DNA from: Fibrobacterales bacterium
Lineage (GTDB): Bacteria > Fibrobacterota > Fibrobacteria > Fibrobacterales > JAOPTW01
Length of the DNA stretch: 41,436 nt
Reading direction: 5' to 3'
Assembly (NCBI GenBank): GCA_051532055.1
Contig: JAOPTX010000010.1
Location: forward strand, 126,175-167,610
The notes under the pieces were generated by a model. The model was not told the DNA's origin. It was given only the letters and a program-made list of their open reading frames with translations, and ran no database searches. Below, in pieces: positions 1 through 8,186 of the stretch; within the stretch, counting starts at the first letter, position 1, and each line of letters opens with the position of its first letter. The position numbers were made by a program, and so were the translations under genes.

Positions 1-1
1 A

Positions 2-367
2 GGTGCTACCGGTGGAGCGCTTATTCAGCAACTTGAAACTCGTTTAGACGCATTGGTTCTTAGATCAGGATTTGCAAAAACTGCATATGCTGCTCGTCAA
101 TATGTTGCACATGGTCACTTCATGGTTAATGGCGTTCGTTGTTTTAATGGCTCTATGAAAATCCGTGTTAATGACATTATCTCGATTAGAGAAAAATCAA
201 AAGCTCATCCACAAATTGTTGAGTCAGTGGCTAATGGCCCTGAAGCTCCAGCATACCTCGAAATTAACAAAAGCAAAATCGAGGCAAAGCTTGTTGTAAT
301 TCCAGAACGTGATCAGATTCCTGTTCAAGTTACTGAGCAACTCATCGTTGAGTTTTACTCGAAATAG
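2..367 (+). CDS. rpsD: 30S ribosomal protein S4, 3' part (5' end lies outside the window)
   Basis: The frame is open from position 2: GATGGALIQQLETRLDALVLRSGFA..AARQYVAHGH..VNG (S4 domain), ending EQLIVEFYSK, the typical S4 C-terminus. Confidence 0.96.
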   Translation, partial: GATGGALIQQLETRLDALVLRSGFAKTAYAARQYVAHGHFMVNGVRCFNGSMKIRVNDIISIREKSKAHPQIVESVANGPEAPAYLEINKSKIEAKLVVIPERDQIPVQVTEQLIVEFYSK

Positions 368-389
368 TAAAACAGCTTTTTGCTATATT

Positions 390-421
390 AAAAGCCTTCC
401 GGATTCCGGAAGGCTTTTTTT
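390..421 (+). terminator. Rho-independent terminator after rpsD
   Basis: AAAGCCTTCCGG-ATT-CCGGAAGGCTTT hairpin followed by a T-run. Confidence 0.9.
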
Positions 422-464
422 GTACCTATAAAAAGACTTGAGTCACTTCGTCAAAGGATAAAAG

Positions 465-1115
465 ATGTTGTATCGGATGATTCATCAAAATGAGTCGTTT
501 ATAGTTATTGATAAACTACCAGGGGTAAATTTCCATAAAGAGGGTGAAGATGATTCACTCTTTGAAGCTTTGCGAAGAGACCTTGCTGTTGAGGGACTCT
601 ATCCAGTGCATCGGCTTGATAAAATGACTTCAGGAGTTCTCATTATTGCTCTCTCATCAGAGGTAGCTGCTGAACTTACCACACAGTTTGAAAAACGGCT
701 TGTTCAAAAGACCTATATTGCGTTGAGTGACAAGAAGCCAAAAAAGAAACAAGGCACTATATCGGGTGATATGGAGCGTTCCCGTAGAAAGTCCTGGAAA
801 CTCTTGAGGACCCGTAATAACCCCGCAATTACTCTTTTTAAAAGTGCTAGTTGCGAGGCTAAAAAGCGCCTCTATATTGTGACTCCCAAAACAGGGAAAA
901 CCCATCAAATACGGGTGGCCCTCAAATCAATTGGTGCTGCTATTTTAGGTGACCCTATCTATAGTCCTGACGCAGATCAATATGACCGCGGCTATCTTCA
1001 TGCTTATGCCGTCACTTTTATGCTACAGAATAAAAACTACACATTCCATACAGAACCAAGTGAAGGTGTGGAGTGGGAAGGATATGATTTTAAAAAGCTG
1101 CTTTCTGATAGCTGA
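465..1115 (+). CDS. RluA-family RNA pseudouridine synthase (TIGR01621-like)
   Basis: Motifs VIDKLPG, PVHRLDKMTSG (catalytic Asp), TGKTHQIRV, ILGDPIY and LHAY. The KKPKKKQG..GDMERSRRKSWKL segment is typical of the short TIGR01621 group. Confidence 0.9.
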   Translation: MLYRMIHQNESFIVIDKLPGVNFHKEGEDDSLFEALRRDLAVEGLYPVHRLDKMTSGVLIIALSSEVAAELTTQFEKRLVQKTYIALSDKKPKKKQGTISGDMERSRRKSWKLLRTRNNPAITLFKSASCEAKKRLYIVTPKTGKTHQIRVALKSIGAAILGDPIYSPDADQYDRGYLHAYAVTFMLQNKNYTFHTEPSEGVEWEGYDFKKLLSDS

Positions 1116-1182
1116 ATAAGGTTGATACGAGATACATACAGTTAAATCTCGTTGTTTTAAGCTTGAGTGTATTAAGGGAGGA

Positions 1183-1614
1183 CTATCCTTGACATTTCTT
1201 ACAGATACCAAATATGGTACTTTTGTGAGAAACGAATGCAAAATCATACTCTTCAGAGAGTGATTCAATTGCATTCAAAATTTTTGGACTCTTCACTTCG
1301 GTTACTTTGCCACATTCGTTACAGACAAGATGCTCATGAGGTGCGCTTCCTGCTATTTCATAGTGAATGTGGCCATGCCCAAAGTCGGCTTCGATAAGAA
1401 TACCTGCATCGACAAGGTTATTGATTGAACGATATAGGGTTGCGCGTGATGCTTTTTTATCAGATTTTTGCATTTCAAAGTCAAGTTCATCAACACTAAA
1501 GTGTCCTTCTTGATTAAGAACAGCTTGCAGAATAAGAGCACGCTCTTTAGTGAAAAACATTTTGTTTTTACTGAGATACTCTTTGTATTGTATTTCTGCC
1601 TGAGCAAGTTTCAT
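1183..1614 (-). CDS. fur: Fur-family transcriptional regulator
   Basis: TKER..IL, HFSVDEL, SRATLYR, PHEHLVCNECG and C-terminal GICKKC zinc site. The Fur/Zur/PerR subtype cannot be resolved. Confidence 0.9.
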   Translation of the reverse strand: MKLAQAEIQYKEYLSKNKMFFTKERALILQAVLNQEGHFSVDELDFEMQKSDKKASRATLYRSINNLVDAGILIEADFGHGHIHYEIAGSAPHEHLVCNECGKVTEVKSPKILNAIESLSEEYDFAFVSHKSTIFGICKKCQG

Positions 1615-1656
1615 GACGGGTCCTGTCGCTTGTGTTATCTACATAGTGTTGTAAGA

Positions 1657-2976
1657 TTATTGGATGAAAGCACCATAGATTGAAGCGATAGCCCTCTCAT
1701 AGTCTTTTTGGTCAACCCCTATAATAATATTAATTTCCGACGATCCTTGGTCAATAATTCTGATATTGATGTTATCATTTGCCAAAGCTGTAAAAAGTTG
1801 CGCTGAAACACCAATAGTATGTGCCATGCCATGACCAACTGTTGCAATAAGTGAAATATCTTTACTCACCTTTACAAAATCAGGGTTTGTTGTACGGGTA
1901 ATTTCATCAAGAACCAAATCTTCTACAGCGTTAAGCTGTATTTGGTCCACTATAACTGACATTGAGTCAATGCCAGTAGGCGAGTGTTCATAGGCCACAT
2001 TGTGAGTTTCTAATATTCCAAGTATTTTACGACCAAAACCACGCTCTTTATTCATCATACCTTTCTCGATATAAATAAGTGAGAACTCTTTTTTACCAGC
2101 AATACCAGTAACAGTGTGCTTTGGAGTCTCAGGTGCGGGGCCAATAATTGTTCCTGAATCTTCAGGGCTATTAGTATTTTTTATGCTGATTGGAATGTTT
2201 TTTACCTTACAGGGAGCGATGGCTTCATCGTGAAAAACATTAGCACCCATATAGGCAAGTTCTCTGATCTCACGATAACTAACGCGTTTCATAGGGAGTG
2301 GGTTTTTGATCAGTCTTGGGTCAGCCATAAGAAGCCCCGATACATCGGTCCAGTTTTCGTATAGTGCCGCATTGAGCCCATTAGCTAAAATAGCTCCTGA
2401 GATATCTGATCCACCTCGTGAAAATATTTCGAGATTGCCATGATGTCCTTTGCCATAAAAGCCAGGAACAACATGAATAGCATCATCAGTCAATTGGTCG
2501 TTGATAGAGTCAAAGGAATGCTCATTTGCACGGCCATACACATCAATTTCGATTACGTCAAAGGCATCAATGAATGTACCACCAAGATACTCTGCCATGA
2601 GGCGGGCACAGAGGTATTCTCCGCGAGAGATCACGAATGATTCGGTGATTGTTTCAATCTTATTGGTTAGGGTAGATCGGAGTTCTTCTAAGTCGTCTAA
2701 AATACTAGTACTGAGGTCGAGGTCTTTTGCTATTGCACCAAATCTCTCTACGATAGGACTGAATGCGGGTGAGATATCGAGTCGTTTTGTAGCAAGTTCA
2801 AAAGCAGAAAAGAGGAGGTCTGTTATTTTAATATCATCTTTATGGGATTTGCCCGGGGCAGAAACAACAATTACTTTGCGATTGCTATCACTCAAAACAA
2901 TATTTTTAATTTTTTTGAACTGGTTCGCATTAGCAACAGAACTTCCGCCAAATTTAGAAACAATTATTTCACTCAT
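1657..2976 (-). CDS. lysC: Aspartate kinase (monofunctional, two ACT domains)
   Basis: KFGGSSVAN, VVSAPGK, SRGEYL, FSRGGSDISG, YENWTDVSG, ELAYMGA and IIDQGSSEINI. Confidence 0.93.
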   Translation of the reverse strand: MSEIIVSKFGGSSVANANQFKKIKNIVLSDSNRKVIVVSAPGKSHKDDIKITDLLFSAFELATKRLDISPAFSPIVERFGAIAKDLDLSTSILDDLEELRSTLTNKIETITESFVISRGEYLCARLMAEYLGGTFIDAFDVIEIDVYGRANEHSFDSINDQLTDDAIHVVPGFYGKGHHGNLEIFSRGGSDISGAILANGLNAALYENWTDVSGLLMADPRLIKNPLPMKRVSYREIRELAYMGANVFHDEAIAPCKVKNIPISIKNTNSPEDSGTIIGPAPETPKHTVTGIAGKKEFSLIYIEKGMMNKERGFGRKILGILETHNVAYEHSPTGIDSMSVIVDQIQLNAVEDLVLDEITRTTNPDFVKVSKDISLIATVGHGMAHTIGVSAQLFTALANDNINIRIIDQGSSEINIIIGVDQKDYERAIASIYGAFIQ

Positions 2977-3094
2977 AAGTACTCAGGTTTGGTAAAATGT
3001 GAGCCAAAAGTAGCAAAAATCAATTAAATGCCCATATGAGTAGCGCTATATGGTGCATTTCCAAAAAAGTTTTACAGAAAAGAGATAATAAAGG

Positions 3095-3121
3095 TAAAGA
3101 TTCAGAGAAACTGGTCGATAC
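3095..3121 (+). promoter_or_regulatory. Sigma-28 (FliA)-type promoter
   Basis: TAAA(3095-3098)-N15-GTCGATAC(3114-3121) matches the consensus TAAA-N15-GCCGATAA with exact spacing, directly upstream of the flgM-like ORF. Confidence 0.75.
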
Positions 3122-3150
3122 CTATAATAGGAGTAATTCTATCGAGGTGG

Positions 3151-3423
3151 ATGATGAATATATCATCTGTAGCAGGTTCATATGCTCAACAGGCCTATAA
3201 TAGCCAAGTGAGCTCAAAACGCCCCATCAAAGGGAGTGTTGTTGATTCCGGGGCGAAGTCCAAGCCTACTCAGCCGAAAGATAGTGTAGAACTCTCCTCT
3301 GCATCAAAAGATAAGCTCAAAAATATCCAAAGTAAAATTTCTACTGGATTCTATAATCGAAATGAAGTAACTGAAGATATCACCGATAAGCTCACTCGTT
3401 ATTTTGACGAAGCGACAGATTAA
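3151..3423 (+). CDS. flgM: FlgM-like anti-sigma-28 factor
   Basis: 90 aa with a low-complexity N-terminus, DSVELS and KLKNIQSKISTGFY...ITDKL (FlgM C-terminal pattern). GAGGTGG RBS and a sigma-28 promoter lie upstream. Confidence 0.72.
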   Translation: MMNISSVAGSYAQQAYNSQVSSKRPIKGSVVDSGAKSKPTQPKDSVELSSASKDKLKNIQSKISTGFYNRNEVTEDITDKLTRYFDEATD

Positions 3424-3627
3424 GCGTTCAAATAGCCCTTTTAAGTAAAAAAGAAGACATTTTAATGGCTTACTGTTCATAAAAATCATCGATATTATTG
3501 GCATAAAAAACTAAAAAACTGTAAACAATGTGTAAAATAAGCAATTATTGTTCAAAAAAAGTAAACACTATTTTGCATGTTTGATCTTTTAATATATCTT
3601 TAGTGAGTTCTAATAGGGGTTGGGGCA

Positions 3628-4461
3628 ATGAAATCCATCAGCATATACACTTACTTTGATTACCGCAAATATCTTGACGATTATTACAAGACTGAAAAAG
3701 CGGCAAAACCATATTTTTCTTATCGCTACTTTATGAAGAAGGCCGGGTTTAATTCTTCGGGCTCATATTCGAGAATCGTAGATGGTACCGTAAATATGAC
3801 TCAGCGTCTTATACCGAAATACGCAAAAGGATTAGCACTCAGTGAGAAAGAGACTGAATATCTCGAACTGATGGTGCTCTACGACCGAGCAAAAACTGTT
3901 GAAGCAAAGCAACAGATTTTTGATCAGATGGTTCCGTATCTGCCAAATAAGACAAAACGACTTAAAAATGATCAACGTGATTATTATTCTCACTGGTTTA
4001 ATGTTGTAATCCGTGAATCACTCTCCATTGTGAATATTGGTGATGATAATCATGGAGACATGGCATACTATTTAGAGCCACAGGTCCGTACTTCAGAGGT
4101 AAAAAGCGCTATTCGAACCTTAAGTAATCTCGGCCTTATTGCTAAAAATACCGATGGGTTTTGGAAGGCATGTGACTCGGGAGTAATGTCGGGTTCGGAA
4201 ATTGGCCCGCTTCACATACATAATTTTCAGTTTCAGATGATGGATCTCGCTAAAGAGTCTCTCGGTAGATTTGTACGAGGACAACGTTCAGTATCAACTA
4301 AAACATTTAGTGTATCAAGCAATGCATTTGAAGAGATAAAAAAGAAAATTGCAAAGGTACACAAAGAAATAGAAGAAATAATTATTGCGGACGAGAACGA
4401 AGGTAGGGTTTATGAAATGAACCTACAATTGTTTCCCGTTACCAAGGAGATGAAAAGATGA
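3628..4461 (+). CDS. TIGR02147-family (DUF4423-type) putative DNA-binding protein
   Basis: SIYTYFDYRKYLDDYY..FSYRYF..KAGFNS N-terminus, YYSHWFNVVIRE, and C-terminal VYEMNLQLFP. Paralog of 40383..41216. Confidence 0.88.
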   Translation: MKSISIYTYFDYRKYLDDYYKTEKAAKPYFSYRYFMKKAGFNSSGSYSRIVDGTVNMTQRLIPKYAKGLALSEKETEYLELMVLYDRAKTVEAKQQIFDQMVPYLPNKTKRLKNDQRDYYSHWFNVVIRESLSIVNIGDDNHGDMAYYLEPQVRTSEVKSAIRTLSNLGLIAKNTDGFWKACDSGVMSGSEIGPLHIHNFQFQMMDLAKESLGRFVRGQRSVSTKTFSVSSNAFEEIKKKIAKVHKEIEEIIIADENEGRVYEMNLQLFPVTKEMKR

Positions 4462-5684
4462 GTATAAAATTAGTATATACTTCGATATTGGGGATATCGC
4501 TTCTTTGGAGTGGATGCTCTGTTTCAGATACCATAGATCAAAATGCCGGTACTTACACAACAACAGAAGATAGTATTGCGGGTATCGTTGTTGACGAAAC
4601 AGGAGTGCCAGTAGAGGGGGTTTCGGTCGAGCTCATTAAAGATGATTTTGGAGTAATTGCAGCAAAGAGTGCTGTTGTAGCTAAAAGTGCAATTACCAGT
4701 ACCCTGTATACTGATGCTGAAGGAGTGTTTCATTTTCCTGAAGGTGGGAAAAAACGTCCTTTTGTTATACAGATGTACAAAGAGACTCAAGTGGATACCG
4801 TACTCATTGCACGGGTACTTTATAAAGCGTATGATCCGTTTGCTGACACCATTCCAATGGCTCTAAAGAAACGAGACCTTCTCACTTTTATGGCGTTAGG
4901 CTATGATAGTATTACAGAAGTGCGTGGAGCGGCAGATGTTTCAAGTTCAGCAACCGTAGTATCAAGTCAGGGTATGATATCGAGCAGCAGTGAAGTTGTT
5001 GCAGAAAGCTCTTCACAGAGTGGTGTGGTTGTTACGCCCCTGAGTTCAAGCGAGAGTAGTTCTTCACAGGCTGCAACAAGTAGTGTTGTAAGTTATAGCG
5101 ATAAATTAGTTGAATTATCCTTTCAAATTGATAGAGCTGATAATGATGCTTACGAGAATGAAGATAGCTTAGTGGTGACTCAACCAGATACTCCTTTGGA
5201 CCTTGGCTCTGAAACAGGTTCTTCTGCATGGGTAGTTCTCCTTTTTGATAATGTTCCCCTGAGTAAATCTGATTCAATTGAAGAGGCATATCTCCAGTTT
5301 TGGGGCACAAGTGCTGGTACAGAGAGTAACTGTACGGTGAGGGGAGTTCGCAATGCCGAAGGTCTGTCCCTCGATACTCTTAAAAGTATCGATTCATTAG
5401 GCTTAGTTGGGTTATCGAGTGATGTTCAGGAAGACGCACGAGTGTTTGAATGGATATCCTCTGGTACTTGGGGGCCAAAAGATAGCCTTGCTGGACGTTC
5501 AGAAAATATCAAAGATGTGCTCATTGGAATTCTTCAAAATGATAGTGCTGAGTGGGAAAGTTATAATACATTAGGACTGGTTTTAACATGTAACGGGTTT
5601 CGTGAAGTTACAAGTTATGATTTAAATCCCGAATTGGCCCCAACTCTGACAATACGTTTTAGAACTAAAGTTGAAAGTGAATAG
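4458..5684 (+). CDS. Lipoprotein: carboxypeptidase-regulatory-like beta domain, Ser-rich linker, C-terminal DNRLRE/CBM-like beta-sandwich
   Basis: Lipobox LWSGC; IAGIVVDETGVPVEGVSVEL..TDAEGVFHF; poly-Ser linker; DNDAYEN..LDLG..LLFDNV..IEEAYLQF..SYD...APTLTI. ATGA overlap with the upstream gene. Confidence 0.7.
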   Translation: MSIKLVYTSILGISLLWSGCSVSDTIDQNAGTYTTTEDSIAGIVVDETGVPVEGVSVELIKDDFGVIAAKSAVVAKSAITSTLYTDAEGVFHFPEGGKKRPFVIQMYKETQVDTVLIARVLYKAYDPFADTIPMALKKRDLLTFMALGYDSITEVRGAADVSSSATVVSSQGMISSSSEVVAESSSQSGVVVTPLSSSESSSSQAATSSVVSYSDKLVELSFQIDRADNDAYENEDSLVVTQPDTPLDLGSETGSSAWVVLLFDNVPLSKSDSIEEAYLQFWGTSAGTESNCTVRGVRNAEGLSLDTLKSIDSLGLVGLSSDVQEDARVFEWISSGTWGPKDSLAGRSENIKDVLIGILQNDSAEWESYNTLGLVLTCNGFREVTSYDLNPELAPTLTIRFRTKVESE

Positions 5685-5746
5685 AATTAAGTAACAATTT
5701 TTGTAATCGGGTCGTCTAATGGGTAACAAGTTTCTGGAGAAGAGAA

Positions 5747-6853
5747 ATGGTTACCCAAAAACGACCTATTGTTTTATTACAGTCAATCCTTAAAGAGAAA
5801 AGATCAGCAAGGCTTTTTGATGCTCGATCACTCGAATTGGTCCACTCGATAAATAGAGTTCTCAGTGGATGGGGCATAGAGACGACTCTCATTATTGATA
5901 TAGATGGCAAATCAACAAGTTTTTCAAAACATGGAATCGTTTATCTTGATTCCCAACCCAAAGTCACTAAGTTTTTACGTCCCTACGCCACAGTGCCTTT
6001 TTCTGGTTTTTCTCTCAAGAGATGGCAGGTGTTTTCTGAGAGTCTCGAAGGGGCCTTAGAGTGTTTGAGTGCGGGTATACCTGTTGCAAGTAATAATGGG
6101 GCCTATCACTGGGTTCTTCAAGGAGCTCAGCTCACGGAGTTATTGGGAGGTGTCAAACGATCAGCTAAAGTGATGCGACTATTTAGGAGGGTTTCAGAGC
6201 AATTGCAAGTTCTTTATAATAATGAACAACGTCAGCAGATTGACGAAGGAAAAGAGCGACAACAGTTGACTGATCTTTTTGTACATGAACTCAGAAGCCC
6301 ATTACAACAACTCACTTTTTTAAAAGGTAATAGCGATAACCTAGGGGTTCATTCCGTCGTAGAGCATGCCCAGCAGATGGTATCAGATTTCTTGAGTCAC
6401 TCTCAAACTACTAAAGTACTTATAAATTATTGGAATGTGAATGAGCTTTTTCAAGAACTACAATGGTATTACGGAGGGGACCCACGGTGTGATTCGATAC
6501 AATTTGATGAGGCTTCTCTGGTAATAGAATGTGATAGAGTACGTTTAATGCAAAGTATGATCGTGGTAATAGATAATGCGGTAACAGCTAGTGGTAGTGG
6601 TGGACAGGTTGTACTTTCAGTGGAAGAGTATACTGAGAGGGTTAGAATAGTTGTTCAAAATAACGGCCCTTATATTCCTGTGGTCCATCAGAATAAACTT
6701 TTTGTCCCTTATTTTACTACCAATAGTGAGGGTACTGGGCTTGGACTTTATGGTGCTCGTAAACGTATGAGAGCTATGGGCGGTGACCTCTCTCTTTTTG
6801 CCTCTACTGAAGAGTGTACTACGTTTCTATTTGAGTTACAGCATGCCATATAG
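5747..6853 (+). CDS. Soluble sensor histidine kinase
   Basis: H-box HELRSPL, N-box IDNAV, degenerate G1 NNGPYI, F/G2 LFVPYFTT..GTGLGL. No clear transmembrane segment. Confidence 0.85.
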   Translation: MVTQKRPIVLLQSILKEKRSARLFDARSLELVHSINRVLSGWGIETTLIIDIDGKSTSFSKHGIVYLDSQPKVTKFLRPYATVPFSGFSLKRWQVFSESLEGALECLSAGIPVASNNGAYHWVLQGAQLTELLGGVKRSAKVMRLFRRVSEQLQVLYNNEQRQQIDEGKERQQLTDLFVHELRSPLQQLTFLKGNSDNLGVHSVVEHAQQMVSDFLSHSQTTKVLINYWNVNELFQELQWYYGGDPRCDSIQFDEASLVIECDRVRLMQSMIVVIDNAVTASGSGGQVVLSVEEYTERVRIVVQNNGPYIPVVHQNKLFVPYFTTNSEGTGLGLYGARKRMRAMGGDLSLFASTEECTTFLFELQHAI

Positions 6854-8171
6854 AGTATGTATTATTGAGGATGAAGCGCCCTTGAGAGTTCTGTTGCAAC
6901 AGGAATTAGAGGGATGTAATTATACTGTTGATGCCTATGGGAGTGTTGAGCGCTTTCTCAATTGTGAAGGGTATGTCAATAGCCAAGTAATCATTAGCGA
7001 TTTAATGCTTCCAGGTCTTTCTGGAATAGATCTTATCGAAGCACTTAAAGAGAGGGGGGTAAGAGTTCCTGTATTAGTTGTATCAGGTCAAGGATCAATA
7101 CCACTTGCTGTTGAGGCGGTCAGAAAAGGAGCCATTGATTTCCTTGAAAAGCCTGTATCAATCGAAACAGTGGTTCGGTATCTTGAACAATATATTCCAA
7201 AATATTCTCGTAACTCTACTCGACAATTTTCAGAAATTTGTTGTACTGAATCATCTCCAATGCAAGAGGTGATCTCTCTGCTCGCACCCGTTGCTCAAAG
7301 TAATGGCACTCTATTTATCAATGGTGAGACAGGAACAGGTAAAGAAGTAGTTGCACGTGCGGTGCATAATAATTCCCCTCGTCGGGAAGGGAATTTTGTA
7401 CCGATAAATTGTGGTGCAATTTCCCCGAGCCTCATTGTGAGTGAACTGTTTGGGGTTAAGCGGGGGGCCTTTACTGGTGCTGACCGGGATACTCCTGGTA
7501 AAATTAAAATGGCAGATAGCGGAACTCTTTTTTTGGATGAGATTGCTGAACTCCCCCTTGCGGCGCAGAGTGTATTACTCAGAACATTACAAGAAAAAAC
7601 CATAGTGGCAGTGGGTGATTATGAAGAACAGAAGGTGGATTTTCGACTTATTGCAGCCACGCATAAAAATTTGTATCAAGAAGTGAGAGAGGGGCGTTTT
7701 AGAGAAGACCTTTTCTATCGTATTAATGTTTTTGAAGTGACACTTCCCCCTTTAAGAAATCGTACTGTTGACCTGCCTACTCTCACGGCAATACTTCTCA
7801 AACAGTCTGCTGAAAAATTGGGTGTTGAAGAAAAAATATTAAGTAGTAGTGAATATGAAGAGTTGATTCAGTATAACTGGCCGGGTAATATTCGAGAACT
7901 GCGAAATGTAATTGAGCGATTTCTCGTTACGAGTCGATTGGGGCTTCATAATTTTATGCAAGAAAAACCAACGTGTCTTCTTATACCAAGCGATCAGTCA
8001 ACGGTACTGAGTTCAAAAAGAAAAAAGCATGAGAAGAGTGGTATTACTGCTCAGCAGGTATTAGATGCATTCGAGCGATGTAGGGGGAATAAATCTCAGG
8101 CGGCTCGTTTACTCGATATTTCTCGTGGAGGATTTATCTATCATTTACAGAGGGCACAGGGCAGTGAGTGA
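6843..8171 (+). CDS. Sigma-54-dependent response regulator (NtrC/AtoC type)
   Basis: Receiver (IIEDE, SDLMLPG, FLEKP), Walker A GETGTGKE, GAFTGA, LFLDEI, FREDLFYRI, WPGNIREL and Fis HTH GNKSQAARLLDISR. The likely start is ATG 6843, overlapping the kinase 3' end. Confidence 0.93.
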   Translation: MPYRVCIIEDEAPLRVLLQQELEGCNYTVDAYGSVERFLNCEGYVNSQVIISDLMLPGLSGIDLIEALKERGVRVPVLVVSGQGSIPLAVEAVRKGAIDFLEKPVSIETVVRYLEQYIPKYSRNSTRQFSEICCTESSPMQEVISLLAPVAQSNGTLFINGETGTGKEVVARAVHNNSPRREGNFVPINCGAISPSLIVSELFGVKRGAFTGADRDTPGKIKMADSGTLFLDEIAELPLAAQSVLLRTLQEKTIVAVGDYEEQKVDFRLIAATHKNLYQEVREGRFREDLFYRINVFEVTLPPLRNRTVDLPTLTAILLKQSAEKLGVEEKILSSSEYEELIQYNWPGNIRELRNVIERFLVTSRLGLHNFMQEKPTCLLIPSDQSTVLSSKRKKHEKSGITAQQVLDAFERCRGNKSQAARLLDISRGGFIYHLQRAQGSE

Positions 8172-8186
8172 GCTCTGTTGAGAAAA

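Noticed and set aside
2977..3094. Lysine riboswitch upstream of aspartate kinase
   Set aside because: The intergenic space is short and shared with the flgM promoter; no L-box core motifs or terminator are visible.
6783..6842. Longer N-termini in the ORF track (6783, 16684, 16847, 26807, 34497, 40425)
   Set aside because: Downstream ATGs give proper RBS, signal peptides or domain starts, so the shorter starts were used.
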